Origin: an uncultured virus (IMG/VR IMGVR_UViG_3300005549_000001) | Lineage: Duplodnaviria > Heunggongvirae > Uroviricota > Caudoviricetes | IMG/VR virus record: IMGVR_UViG_3300005549_000001 | Strand: one strand, 5' to 3' | Length of the DNA stretch: 64,000 nt | Part shown: positions 53,934 to 63,903 of the stretch, in pieces | Layout of the letters: every line of letters starts with the position of its first letter | Numbering within the stretch: the stretch's first letter is position 1 | Notes under the pieces: model-generated | Database searches by the model: none | What the model was told of the DNA's origin: nothing | The model's input: only the letters and a program-made list of their open reading frames with translations | Position numbers and translations under genes: made by a program

Positions 53934-54961
53934 GTCGGTGACCTCGGTTTGAAACTCAAGTCGACATCTTCGACTGCGCAGTCCCCCTCGTGCCCCTCGC
54001 GCAGCGTGCAGCGCAAGCCGAAGTAGGTCCTCTTGCACATGCCGACCTCGCCCGTGGCGGCCACGGCCTGGCCGGGCTCGGTGCCCTGCGGGCCGCCGTA
54101 CTTTGCGGTGACGTACGCATCGAGCTGCTCGACGCTCTCCTTTGGGTCGACCTTGAACTCCTCCACCGTCACGTCCGCGAACGGAATCTCACGGGTCTGG
54201 AGCACCTCGCCGACCGTGGTGACGACCGTGATCTCCTCGCCGAGCCTCGCGCGAGCCGCCAGAAGCTCGATGGTCAACGCTCGGATGACCGCGCCGCGCT
54301 CAGCGTCGACCTCCCGCGACGTCGCGAGGAAGGAGGCGAGCCAGCGGGGCAGCTCCTCGGGCGTGACCTTCGGGTTGCCCTCGACCATTGCGCCGACGAC
54401 GTCGCACGCGAGCTGTAGAGCGTCTCGTGCTTCATTGAGCGCAGCGTTGCACGCGAGCTGGAGTGCGTTTTGTTTTTCGGGCTCGTCGCGACTGAGCTCG
54501 GCGACCTTGGCCTCGGCAGCCTCGGCGCGCCTGAGCATCTTGACGTAGTCGCCCTGCTCGAGAAAGGCGTTGCGCATTCGCGTCGCCCCGAGCGCCCCCT
54601 CGGCGGCCTCGAGTTTGTTTCGGGCGGCGTCGCGCTCTCGTAAGGCTCTGCAGTAAGGACAATTTGCCTCGCCCGGTGCAGGTGTGCCGCAGACGTAGCA
54701 GCGAGAGGAGCCCATGTCTTCTACCGCGACTTCATACGTTGCCTCGAAGATGTGCGCCTTGCACGGGTACTTCTCGTTCGCGGCGCCGGTGATGATCCAC
54801 TCGCCGGGCTCGATGCGCACGGGTCCGTTCGGCGTGTGCACGACGGGATAAGGCAGGTGTATATCCGGTTTGGGGTCGTAGAACTCTTCAACGCCCTCGA
54901 CCTCCCTGCCCGGGAACCACTGCTCGGCCTCGACCTCGATTCTCTTCTTTACGTACTTCAC
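53930..54961 (-). CDS. PGDYG-like domain fused to zinc-finger and coiled-coil regions
   Basis: YVKK.IEVEAEQW, T..G....PGEWII.G...E.YPCK..IFEATYE. Confidence 0.65.
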   Translation of the reverse strand: MKYVKKRIEVEAEQWFPGREVEGVEEFYDPKPDIHLPYPVVHTPNGPVRIEPGEWIITGAANEKYPCKAHIFEATYEVAVEDMGSSRCYVCGTPAPGEANCPYCRALRERDAARNKLEAAEGALGATRMRNAFLEQGDYVKMLRRAEAAEAKVAELSRDEPEKQNALQLACNAALNEARDALQLACDVVGAMVEGNPKVTPEELPRWLASFLATSREVDAERGAVIRALTIELLAARARLGEEITVVTTVGEVLQTREIPFADVTVEEFKVDPKESVEQLDAYVTAKYGGPQGTEPGQAVAATGEVGMCKRTYFGLRCTLREGHEGDCAVEDVDLSFKPRSPT

Positions 54962-55161
54962 AGCCACTTGACCTTTCCTTTCTTGCCCTCGAGCGCGCGG
55001 TGCGCCGCGATCACGGCGCGCCCCTCGCCGACCTCCTCCACGAACCTCACAGCCTCGCTGTAGGCTATGCGACCGTACTTGAGCTTTACGGAGTGCCGGC
55101 CGTACCGGAGCTCGAGCCCGCGAAGTAAGGCGACCGAGCACAAGAAAGCGGCGTCGAACAT

Positions 55162-55524
55162 TTAGAGAGGCACTCCGATTCGAGACGCCTCGATTGCCGC
55201 GAGCTCCGATGGCCAGCGCTCGACGGGCACGTTGTCGTGCACGGATTGCAGGTCGTAGACCAGATCCATGGCTGACTCGGGGACACCGGACGCTCGCAGT
55301 GCGTGGTGCACGGGAGACTCCCAGACCTTCATGCCCTCGAAGGACGGGTCGTAGAACTCGTCGCCAATCAGGCTTCCGGCGGCACACTTCTGCCCCGCAA
55401 GACCGTGATAAAGGGAGCGCCCGTCAGCATCCTGTGAGCGTCTGCTCTGTGCGAGCAGGTGCGTCTTCACCTTGTCGAACACCTCGCGCGGGGTCAGCGT
55501 CCGGGGCATGGTGATGAGTTTCAT
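55162..55524 (-). CDS. Conserved phage protein
   Basis: EVFDKV..HLLAQ, KCAAG.LI, LQ.VHD. Confidence 0.55.
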   Translation of the reverse strand: MKLITMPRTLTPREVFDKVKTHLLAQSRRSQDADGRSLYHGLAGQKCAAGSLIGDEFYDPSFEGMKVWESPVHHALRASGVPESAMDLVYDLQSVHDNVPVERWPSELAAIEASRIGVPL

Positions 55525-55529
55525 TGGCG

Positions 55530-55790
55530 CTACTCTTTTGTGCGATGTTCGTCACGTCGAGCTCGTTCGCGGCGCAGTACCTCGAGCCAGTCACCGGCGT
55601 TGTCGTACTTCTCCCACATCGAGTCCATCTCCTGGTCGGCGTAGTAAGCAGCCATGCTGTCGCTCGGGAAGCCAAGTGCCTCAGACATCTCGACGCGCTC
55701 GAGCATCGCGATGGCGTTCTGTAGGTGCTCGTCGCCCATCTCCGCGACCGGGATCTTCTGGCCGTCTCGCGTGGTCCAGATCGCGCTCAT
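55530..55790 (-). CDS. Conserved small phage protein
   Basis: WTTRDG..I...EM...HL.NAI.ML. Confidence 0.55.
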   Translation of the reverse strand: MSAIWTTRDGQKIPVAEMGDEHLQNAIAMLERVEMSEALGFPSDSMAAYYADQEMDSMWEKYDNAGDWLEVLRRERARRDEHRTKE

Positions 55791-56198
55791 CGCGCGTGCT
55801 CCGGAGTCGTGAGCCACCTGAGGCCGAGCTCGATGGCCGCCGCGTGCGAGAAGAAGAGCGGTCCGGGAGGCTTCGCACCGCAGTCGGTGCACTGCCAATT
55901 CAGGTGATCGCACGCGAGCTGCGCTTCCTTCAGGCACCACTGGCACCCGTTGGTGGCGTCGGCGTCGCGATGCTTGGCGCAGCTTTCGTAGCTCATTCCC
56001 CGAACAGCGCCGCGACGGCCGCCGCCTCCCACGAGCCAGGCCTTCTCACCCCCTCGGCGAAGCAGGCCGCCACATACTCAACGAGAATCTGTACTTGTAT
56101 TACAGGCTCGCGATCGACGATAGGTTCTCCCCACTTCTTGGCGGCGAGCTTCCGGAGGGCACTGCAGTCAGCATTGCTGAGCTCGATCGTGATCTTCA

Positions 56199-56579
56199 TC
56201 AGTTGTCCCCGTAGTGGTTCTTCCTGCGCTTCTGCAGCTTCGCCGCGGGCAGGTAGTCGCTGAGTCCGTCGAACTTGTACCGGCGCTCTTCTGTGTGGAT
56301 CGAGCGCGCAGCTCGCGCCTGTTCTGATAGCCACTTCGCGAGCCAGTTGGGCGCGAACACCCCGGTCGGGTGCTCGTGCCAGGCCAAGCCCTTGCCCCGG
56401 AAGGTGCGCCCGTCGTCGAGCACGACCTCCTCCTCGCCGCTCGGCAGCCGCTGCCACGTGAAGAGGCCGGGCCTCGTCGGCCTCGGCTTGAAGATCACGA
56501 TCTCGTACACGAAGAGCAGCGACGTGATGAACGCGGCGAGGAAGAAGCCCGACGCGAAGTAGAGCCACTCGTCGGTCAC
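56199..56579 (-). CDS. N-terminal TM protein
   Basis: WLYFASGFFLAAFITSLLFV. Confidence 0.5.
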   Translation of the reverse strand: MTDEWLYFASGFFLAAFITSLLFVYEIVIFKPRPTRPGLFTWQRLPSGEEEVVLDDGRTFRGKGLAWHEHPTGVFAPNWLAKWLSEQARAARSIHTEERRYKFDGLSDYLPAAKLQKRRKNHYGDN

Positions 56580-57056
56580 GCCTGTCCCCCGCGAAAGCGC
56601 TCGACAACGTTGCGAAGATACTTCTCATACTCCTCTTCGCTGATGTTGAAGATGTCGAGCTCGTCGCACCTTCTCTCGATTTCATCTACCTCCAGGGGAA
56701 CGCCGGGCACTCCCCTGGACAGCTCGTAGACGACCGTCAGCACGCGGTCCTGCGCCTTTGTCAGTTTCACGCCTGCCCCACGACGCGCGCCCGACCCCGG
56801 ACGAGCGCCACCAGGCGCGCGTCGAAGGCGTGCTGCGCAAACCTCACGGCCTCGCCCAGGCTCTCGCGGCTCTCAGCTGCGCCGGACAGGCTCGTGCCCC
56901 GGCGGTAGATGAGCGCGCAGTAGTAGCCCCGCTCGACGGTCGCGACGAGGTGGGCGTCGTTGTCCTCGAGCCACTTCGTGAGCGCGCCGAATTGCTCGGG
57001 ATCGAGTTCCTCTCTGAAGCTATCGAGCCAATCTCGGAACGCTTGATTGGTTTCGG

Positions 57057-57554
57057 TCACTTCTTCCTCCGCGCCGGCGTGCACGCCGACTTGATGAACG
57101 CCCAGAGCTCGGGCTCTGCCTTGAACCATTCGGACTCCACGCGCAGGTGGGAGAACATGCCCTGGATGCGCATCTCGACGAGCATGTCGCCGGGCATCGT
57201 GCCGACGAGCTTCACGTTGTGGTGCATGCCCTCGCGCCGCTTTCGGAAGTCCTTCATCCGCGCCTCGGGGTCAGACGAGAAGCCGATCTTGATCAGGTCT
57301 CGTTCGGCGTCGTACGCGAAGTAGATGACGGACTTCCTGTTGGGGTCGTGCTTCGGCCCCATGCGCTGCTCGCGGCGGCGCTCGTCGATCCAGGCCTTCG
57401 CGACCGCGGCGTCGACGCGCACGCGCGCATGTCCGCCCTTGCTCTTCTTCTCGTGCCCGTTCCTGATGACGGGCATGCCCTCGTGGACCCAGCGCTTGAC
57501 GGTCCCATACTTCGCGCCGATCTCCGAGGAGAACTGCTTCAGTGTGAGGATCAT
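57057..57554 (-). CDS. HTH fused to a T5orf172/MUG113 (GIY-YIG-like) domain
   Basis: TVKRWVHEGMP; VIYF...IKIGFS.DP..R...E..I...F.HLR...EWF. Confidence 0.8.
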   Translation of the reverse strand: MILTLKQFSSEIGAKYGTVKRWVHEGMPVIRNGHEKKSKGGHARVRVDAAVAKAWIDERRREQRMGPKHDPNRKSVIYFAYDAERDLIKIGFSSDPEARMKDFRKRREGMHHNVKLVGTMPGDMLVEMRIQGMFSHLRVESEWFKAEPELWAFIKSACTPARRKK

Positions 57555-57796
57555 TTCTTCTTCCTCGCCTCGAGCATCGCGTCGGCGAACCCGTACGCCG
57601 TCTCGGCCATGTGCTGCTGGCTCTCCGCGACGAGGCGATCGATGTTGGCATTTGCGAACATGCCCGTGAGCGCCGCCATGGCGAAGCGATCGCGCAGCAT
57701 CGCGCACTCGTCGAGCGTCTGACAGATGTCGTCTAGTGCTGCTGCGACAGAGTCGATGGATTCTGAGATCTCCTTCGCATTTTCGTACTCGCTCAT
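57551..57796 (-). CDS. Conserved small phage protein (LRD.FA..A family)
   Basis: LRDRFAMAALTG...AY.FADAML.AR. Confidence 0.65.
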   Translation of the reverse strand: MSEYENAKEISESIDSVAAALDDICQTLDECAMLRDRFAMAALTGMFANANIDRLVAESQQHMAETAYGFADAMLEARKKK

Positions 57797-58032
57797 GCCC
57801 TTTTTTCCTCCTCAATTCGCCTCGGCACCCACGCCCGCACGGGCACCTCACCCTTCGTCGCGTCCTCGATGGCGACCGCGAGCGCGACGCTCGCCGACTT
57901 GCGCTTGCCTGTGAGGATCTTGTGGAGCTCACTCGGGTCGTAGCCGATGCTGAGCGCGAAGCGGTGCGTCGCGAGCCCGCGGTCGGCGAGCCAGAGCTTG
58001 AGTAGCTCGGCGCCGGGCAGGTAGGTGGTCAT
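57793..58032 (-). CDS. XRE/Cro-like HTH protein
   Basis: FALSIGYDPSELHKIL.GKR...LAVAIEDAT.G.V. Confidence 0.75.
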   Translation of the reverse strand: MTTYLPGAELLKLWLADRGLATHRFALSIGYDPSELHKILTGKRKSASVALAVAIEDATKGEVPVRAWVPRRIEEEKRA

Positions 58033-58223
58033 TGCCTGAACTCCACGCCCTCTTCCGCGGCCCACATTCGCGCTTCCTTCTCCGCCTCCTCTGGCGTCGC
58101 GTATCGGCCGACCCCGGTGTCGTAGGGCTCGTAGAAGCCGCCCATGTCTGGGTTCTTCCAGACGAGCACGGCGAACCAGCAGCCGCTGATGCCCTGAGAG
58201 ATGGTCATGTAGCGCTCGCTCAT
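58029..58223 (-). CDS. Hypothetical protein
   Basis: Coupled ORF. Confidence 0.5.
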   Translation of the reverse strand: MSERYMTISQGISGCWFAVLVWKNPDMGGFYEPYDTGVGRYATPEEAEKEARMWAAEEGVEFRQ

Positions 58224-58744
58224 TGCCCGATTCCGAAGACCTGCTGGCTGACGCCGTTCTTCTGGATCTCGACGATGACCTCTTCTTGGTCGAACTTCGT
58301 CGCGATGAGCTCGGCCAGATCCTCGACCTGGCGCTCGAATTGCTTCGGCGTGACGCCCTCGGCCGTGTTGATGAGGATGACCTGCATGCCGGGCTCGTCC
58401 ACGACCTCGCCGCTCTCGACGTGACGGTAGAGCCCGCGCTGCGTGAGGAACGTCGCGCCGGGGTCGCCGACCTGCGCCTCTCGCGTGCGGCGCACGAGGT
58501 GCACGAGCAGGTCCTCCTTGTGCTTGGCCTCGCGCTCGGTGATGCGGAGGGACGGGGGCGCGTCTTTGGGTCGGAAGCCGACGACGATGCGCGCCGACCA
58601 GGTGTCAGCCTCGCTCTGCCACCGGCGGGGATTGGTGAGGATCGAGCGGTCGCCGTGGCACGTGAGCCGGCCGCTCGGCGTGAAGCTTCCGCCGCCGTTC
58701 TTCTTGTTCCAGGACAGTCGCCTGGGGTTTACGTCGTATCGCAT
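58220..58744 (-). CDS. DUF3574-like protein
   Basis: GATF....G.Y...G.V..E....I........LA..I...F.QE.V. Confidence 0.5.
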   Translation of the reverse strand: MRYDVNPRRLSWNKKNGGGSFTPSGRLTCHGDRSILTNPRRWQSEADTWSARIVVGFRPKDAPPSLRITEREAKHKEDLLVHLVRRTREAQVGDPGATFLTQRGLYRHVESGEVVDEPGMQVILINTAEGVTPKQFERQVEDLAELIATKFDQEEVIVEIQKNGVSQQVFGIGQ

Positions 58745-58748
58745 GGTC

Positions 58749-59147
58749 TCAGTTGTCCTTGTTGATCAAGAGCTTCTCGAGCTCCTCGTCGAACTTCTTC
58801 GCGTCTCGAGACCGCTCCCACTCCCGGATGAATTCCTTGCCCCTCTCCCAGTCGAGGTCGTGCCCGTCTGGACCGAACCACTTGAAGGGCGAGTCCTTGG
58901 GGTAGTGGGGGCCCGCGTCCTGCATGTAGACCTCGACCCTTCCCGTGTCCCAGCGCACGCACATGAGCCTGTTGCCGCGCTTGGGATCGAGAGTTCTGAT
59001 GTCGACGTTCTGCAACTGGGGTTTCTGCCGCCTCGGCTTTTTTCGGAGAGCTCTGCGATGCAGCACGTCGATACCTATGGGCACTACGACGCATGCAATT
59101 GTCACGGCCGAGGCAATACTCACGAGGATCGTGCCTGTGACGTCCAT
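58749..59147 (-). CDS. N-terminal TM protein
   Basis: ILVSIASAVTIACVVVPIGI. Confidence 0.5.
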   Translation of the reverse strand: MDVTGTILVSIASAVTIACVVVPIGIDVLHRRALRKKPRRQKPQLQNVDIRTLDPKRGNRLMCVRWDTGRVEVYMQDAGPHYPKDSPFKWFGPDGHDLDWERGKEFIREWERSRDAKKFDEELEKLLINKDN

Positions 59148-59343
59148 CAGTCGCGCTCCCTTGACAGTTTCAGGATCGTGCCGGCGGCGAAGCCCGCGAT
59201 CAGCAGGCAGCGTTCGAGGCGCTCTTGGATGATCGTGTTCGAGACCGAGAGCTTTCGGATCTCGTTGGCGAGCTCGACCATCTCGCAGCCGAGCGCCTCG
59301 GCGATCTTGAGGGGGTCCTCGAGCTCGATGATGCTGAGCTTGT

Positions 59344-59613
59344 TCATCTTCCTGCGTCTCCTCTGTCGCACTTGCAGAACACGAGCGCGGCGGCCTCCTC
59401 GTTGGAGGGGTGCGTCGCCACCTGAACCTGCATCACGTGCAGGCGGTTTACACACTGTTCGGAGTTTGGCGATCCCGAAGTCGTCGCGAGCAGTGTCGCC
59501 TCGTCCTTGCATGGTCCGTTCCACGCCTCGAGCTCTTGCCTCTTTTGCGCGGCCTCCGGACCCTCGCACGCGGCGAACGTGAGGGCGGTGAGTAGAAGCC
59601 AAGCCCTCATCAT
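59344..59613 (-). CDS. Small Cys-containing lipoprotein
   Basis: MMRAWLLLTALTFAA-C lipobox. Confidence 0.6.
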   Translation of the reverse strand: MMRAWLLLTALTFAACEGPEAAQKRQELEAWNGPCKDEATLLATTSGSPNSEQCVNRLHVMQVQVATHPSNEEAAALVFCKCDRGDAGR

Positions 59614-60218
59614 CCGATCCCCAGGAACTTGAGCGCGTCCTCGCGCGCCCGGTTGAGCCGCACCATCGCGTCGTGGTCGCCGCCCTTGTCGGGGTGCGCC
59701 TCTTTCGCGAGGGCTCGGTAGCGCTCCTCGACGTCGTCGGCGGTGACGAACACATTGTTGAGCTTGAGCACGCCGCGCCAGTCTTCCTGTGCCTCTGTCG
59801 AGGCCGGTAGCGCCGCGAACCCCGTGAACGCTCGGTTCAGGATCTCGCTCGATCCCGTCCTCTCGAGCATGCGCATCGCCTCGAGCGCGAGGCCGACTGC
59901 GCGCACGTTCTCGCGCACTGTGCGCCACTTGTCGCACGCGATGACGCGGCGCTCCTGCTTGTGATCGCTCCAGTAGACGGCGACTCCGGGGTCGTCGGGC
60001 TCGCGCATGTTCGCGAGCGGCACGCCGTCGCGCCGAAGCGGCACGTTGCTCGAGATGATGACGTTGTAGTCTCGCACGCCCATGAGACCGAGCGAGTGCA
60101 GGACCTCGTCGCGCGCCCGCGCGAAGCTCACCTTGTAGGGCGAGTTTTTGCGCCGGTGAGCGTCGGTGCGCTTCCATCCGATGGGCCAGGTGAGCGGATA
60201 GGCGTCGACATCGTTCAT
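59610..60218 (-). CDS. Phage J-domain (DnaJ-like) protein
   Basis: YPLTWP.GW.RT, DPGVAVYW, ACDKW, AFTGFAALP, YRALAKEAHPDKGG. Confidence 0.9.
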   Translation of the reverse strand: MNDVDAYPLTWPIGWKRTDAHRRKNSPYKVSFARARDEVLHSLGLMGVRDYNVIISSNVPLRRDGVPLANMREPDDPGVAVYWSDHKQERRVIACDKWRTVRENVRAVGLALEAMRMLERTGSSEILNRAFTGFAALPASTEAQEDWRGVLKLNNVFVTADDVEERYRALAKEAHPDKGGDHDAMVRLNRAREDALKFLGIG

Positions 60219-60393
60219 TAGTTTTTTCCTTTTGGATCTGCAAACCACTGCGCCATCTTGTCCGCGCCCCTGGCGTGCGCCCGCGCGAGCTCGAGCGAGA
60301 CCTGCTCTACGAGCTTTCTCCTGTGCTCGTCGCTCATGTGCGGCGCCTCGGCGAGCACGCGGTCGACTGCCTCTCGGAGCCAGGAGTTCTTCA

Positions 60394-60741
60394 TCAGCTG
60401 CACTCGCAGTAGGCACCGCCGCTGGCGGCGACGCACTTCCATCGCGCGTAGTCGTTGCACGCGCACGAGCCGGAACAGGACGAGGGCTCGCAGGGGAAGG
60501 CCAGGAGGACCGGGCACTGCCCGCCGGGGGGCAGCGCCGCGTCGCCCGAGTCAGGCTCGGCGTCGCTCGCGACCGCGTCGCTCGGCTGGTAGGCGTCGAT
60601 GATGCGGTCGGCGACGTCGGCGTCGACCTCGAGCAGCCCCCCGGCGCCTGCCGCGCCGTCCTCGAGCTCCGCGTAGCCCGGGCTCGAGACGTGCGACGAG
60701 CAGCCGATAGTGAATGAGATGATCAGGATTAGTTGTTTCAT
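60394..60741 (-). CDS. Cys-rich lipoprotein
   Basis: MKQLILIISFTIG-C; Asp/Ala linker; C-terminal Cys cluster. Confidence 0.6.
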   Translation of the reverse strand: MKQLILIISFTIGCSSHVSSPGYAELEDGAAGAGGLLEVDADVADRIIDAYQPSDAVASDAEPDSGDAALPPGGQCPVLLAFPCEPSSCSGSCACNDYARWKCVAASGGAYCECS

Positions 60742-61124
60742 GTTGCTTTGCTTTTCTTCACGATGCCCTCGTCCACGCCGTGCGCGGCGCTACCTTGCCC
60801 TCGGGGTCGACGACCTCGACCCAGTCGGAGAAGCCCTTGAAGAGCGCGACGGCCCGGTCGACGTCGCCCTCGGCGACGGTCACCCGCTCGAGCTCGCAGC
60901 CGTCCCGGTCGAGCCCGACGACGAACCAGTGCTTCACCTGATCCTCCCCTCGAACGTCGAGCGCGCGAGCTCCCGCTCGATGCCGAGGATTATTTGCGGC
61001 GGCAGATTAGTAGCATTGGCGAGCAGCCAGCCGAGCACCCACCGCGCGCCCTCGCCCTCGGGCCTCCGGCGCATCGCCTCCTCGACCATCTCGGCGAGCC
61101 ACTTCCTGGCGCAGGGGCAGAGGG

Positions 61125-61454
61125 TCATGGTCGCGCCTCGTAGCCGGGCCGCCGCTTGATCTCCCGGAGCTTGTAGTCCAGGGGCAGCGACACGTAGTCC
61201 TCGAGCTCGTAGCGGCGCTTGCTCACGGGGTCGACGCCGCGGAGGTGCCGGACCGCGAGCACTCCGCATCCGCCGAGCTCGTAACGAGCGGCCTGCAGCG
61301 CCTCGAAGTCCCGGACCTTGATGTCGCGCCGGAGCGACAGGCGCTTGACGAGCTTAGCCGCGGTGCCCCTCGGCGGCCGCGTGTACCAGAAGCGGCCGGG
61401 GTCGACCGTGCGGCGGTAGAGCACGCCGGGGCGCATGTTGTAGGCCTCGATCAC
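61125..61454 (-). CDS. Hypothetical protein
   Basis: Coupled ORF. Confidence 0.45.
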   Translation of the reverse strand: MIEAYNMRPGVLYRRTVDPGRFWYTRPPRGTAAKLVKRLSLRRDIKVRDFEALQAARYELGGCGVLAVRHLRGVDPVSKRRYELEDYVSLPLDYKLREIKRRPGYEARP

Positions 61455-61881
61455 GGAAGGCTCCCACGCAAGCGAGCAGCTTGAGCTACCCGACGCGCTT
61501 CACGTACCGCAGTTGACTTACTTCTGAATCCAAACGTCCAGCGATACTTGGTTCTGGCTGGTTCACCAAGAGGTGGTGCGAAGACGTAGAAGAGCTCCGC
61601 GGCCAGCACGAGCGCGTAGCAGTTTCGTGTGCGGTACACGATACGCGGATCGTCGGCAGTGATTATCTCTCTTTCGCTGAGCATCACTTGAATGCCTCCC
61701 TTATCGTGCACGAGTGCGGCTTGATGCCCTCGAGCCCGAACTCGTTGAGCAGCGACTGCCCGACTTCGTCGTAGACCCATGGAAAGCCCGGTGACCAGTA
61801 GTAGCGCCTGCGTCGCCGACCGTCGGCGAGCGTGAAGCGCACGGCGAAGCGGTAGTAGGTGACTCCTTCGATCTGCATGAT

Positions 61882-62241
61882 TCACGTCCAGAAGAGGCTG
61901 TGTCCGCCGAGCTCGGCAAGCCGAGCGAAGATCTTGTTGATGCGCTCATAGTCGAGCTGTGCGTTGTACGGTCCGCGGTCCTCAGCCCGCTCGCGGATGA
62001 GCGACGCGAGTTCGACGTCGTACTTGGGCAGCACGAAGTCGGCCTGTGTACTGCCCATTCCGTTGTGCAACATCGCGCGGAGTGCGTTCACCGCGTGGGT
62101 CTGTCCTTTATCAGCCTTCTTTATGAGCTTCTTTGCTTTGCGCACCCGTTGAATCTCATCTTCAAGAGAGTTTTCGTAGCTCTCGATCAGGACGAGAGTC
62201 TCTTCGAGTATTTGACGTCGGTGCAATTTGTTCCATCGCAT
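61882..62241 (-). CDS. Hypothetical protein
   Basis: ORF track; packed arrangement. Confidence 0.5.
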   Translation of the reverse strand: MRWNKLHRRQILEETLVLIESYENSLEDEIQRVRKAKKLIKKADKGQTHAVNALRAMLHNGMGSTQADFVLPKYDVELASLIRERAEDRGPYNAQLDYERINKIFARLAELGGHSLFWT

Positions 62242-62244
62242 TGT

Positions 62245-62613
62245 TTACGTCTTCCCCCTGAGCTTGAACCCCCACACGCGAGCGCCCGCGCGGTAGCGCG
62301 AGGCTTCCGCTGGTCCTAGGTCGTCGGGCGCGTCGTCGCGCTCCATGAAGCGCAAGGCGTCCGCGGCGGACATGGCCACGACGCGGAGGTACTCGTCGCG
62401 CTCGAATGCCGGGCCCTCGGGCAGCGCCGCCTGCGCCTCCTCGAGCGACATGCGGAGCGCGGCGCAGAGTTCCTTGATCTCGTGGTCGCCGAGAAATGTA
62501 CCGGCAGTGTTCTTACCATCGCGCAGGTACAAGTAGACGTTGCCCTCGTGATTGGCGACGACCAAGAACTCACCATTCTTTATCGGAATCTTTCGTTCTT
62601 CGAATTTTGCCAT
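62245..62613 (-). CDS. Hypothetical protein
   Basis: ORF track; packed arrangement. Confidence 0.5.
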   Translation of the reverse strand: MAKFEERKIPIKNGEFLVVANHEGNVYLYLRDGKNTAGTFLGDHEIKELCAALRMSLEEAQAALPEGPAFERDEYLRVVAMSAADALRFMERDDAPDDLGPAEASRYRAGARVWGFKLRGKT

Positions 62614-62675
62614 CTAGTTCACCCGGGCCCGCCCGCGATCCTCCGGTCACGAGCGGGGCCTGGTGTCCTAGCTTG

Positions 62676-63830
62676 TTACGCGGCCTTCTTCTCGAGCACG
62701 GCTCCCGCGATGCGCTGGAGCTCGATCTTCCGGTCGGCGTCCTCGGTCTGGTTGGCGATCCAGCTGAGCGCATTCGAGAACCGGAGCGCCGTCTTGCCCT
62801 CGGGCAGCATGACGTTGTCCGGGCCCTCGAAGGCCTCCTTGGCGCGCTGCGCCTCGCCCTTGCTGAGCAGCTGCCCGACCTTCTTGAACGCCGCGTTCCA
62901 GGAGGTCTCCTGAGCGTGGGCCTGCCGCACGGCGTCGAGCCGCGCCTCGATGGCCTTGGGCGCCAGGATGTTGCCGATGACGTCGCGCGTGGCGCTGATC
63001 ATCGTCCTCGTGTCGAGCTCGTAGGTCTGCTGCGAGAAGGTGAGCTCCTCGGGCAGGCGTTTTCCGAGGTGGACCTGCTTGAGCACGCTCTCGCCGATGG
63101 CCGCGTTCAGGCAGAGGAGCCTCAGCACGAACGCGCTCACGCCGTACATTCCCGCGCCGTAGTCGCTGTTCTGCCATGAGAGGCCGAACACCATGAACTC
63201 GCCCGGGACGGGCTCGTGCACGGTCGGGATGATGGCGCGCACGGAGACGCGCACGTCGCTCGCCACGCCCTCGAACGGTACGGCGCCGACCTTCTGCGCC
63301 TCGCCGAGGAAGGCGTCGAGCAGCGGCCTGCTGTCGAGCCGCCGGAACTTGTCGCTCAGGATGCCGCGGGCCTGGCCCCCGACGCTCCGCACGAGGTAGC
63401 GGCCGCCCTGGTGGCGGTAGTGCTGGTCGAGCGTGTACTCGAGCAGCCGGTGCTCCCACGAGGTGCCGTCGGCCTCCGCCTCGGCCGCGTCGAGCCGCCG
63501 CGCGTACGCGGTCGGGACGCCCGCCCGCTCGACCAGCTGCTCGAATGCGTGGTTGTGCAGCAGCCACTGCTGGTCGCCGACCCCAAACGCGAGCCGGCCG
63601 CCGGCGCGACCGAATTGCAGCCGCTCGCCGCGCACGATGTCGTCTCGCGGCACCTCGCTCAGGATGCGCTGCACGACGGCGCTGGAGCGCGCCGCTCCTC
63701 TTCGGACGGCGTCGTCGAGGTTTGCCCGCGCGAGCGCGAGCTTGCTCTCCTCCGGCAGTCCGCCGTGGCCGAGTATGTCGTGCACGACTCGGCCGTCAGT
63801 CTCTATTACGGGCTTCACTTCCAGGGGCAT
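62676..63830 (-). CDS. DUF932 family protein
   Basis: RGILSDKFRRLD, G....NSD.GAG...V..FVLRLLCLN, HLG; AAGGAG RBS. Confidence 0.8.
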   Translation of the reverse strand: MPLEVKPVIETDGRVVHDILGHGGLPEESKLALARANLDDAVRRGAARSSAVVQRILSEVPRDDIVRGERLQFGRAGGRLAFGVGDQQWLLHNHAFEQLVERAGVPTAYARRLDAAEAEADGTSWEHRLLEYTLDQHYRHQGGRYLVRSVGGQARGILSDKFRRLDSRPLLDAFLGEAQKVGAVPFEGVASDVRVSVRAIIPTVHEPVPGEFMVFGLSWQNSDYGAGMYGVSAFVLRLLCLNAAIGESVLKQVHLGKRLPEELTFSQQTYELDTRTMISATRDVIGNILAPKAIEARLDAVRQAHAQETSWNAAFKKVGQLLSKGEAQRAKEAFEGPDNVMLPEGKTALRFSNALSWIANQTEDADRKIELQRIAGAVLEKKAA

Positions 63831-63874
63831 GTGTCAGTCTCCTTTTTGTAGGGGTTCATGTGGTGCACTCCGGG

Positions 63875-63903
63875 GGTATAACACCGGGCTTTACCCAGTG
63901 CAA
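63875..63903 (-). promoter_or_regulatory. Early sigma70-type promoter
   Basis: Minus-strand TTGCAC-N17-TATACC with a TGn extension and an A-tract upstream. Confidence 0.6.

Noticed and set aside
57390..57554. Terminase small subunit (Nu1-like HTH)
   Set aside because: The HTH is fused to a T5orf172 domain in the early region, with no large terminase nearby.
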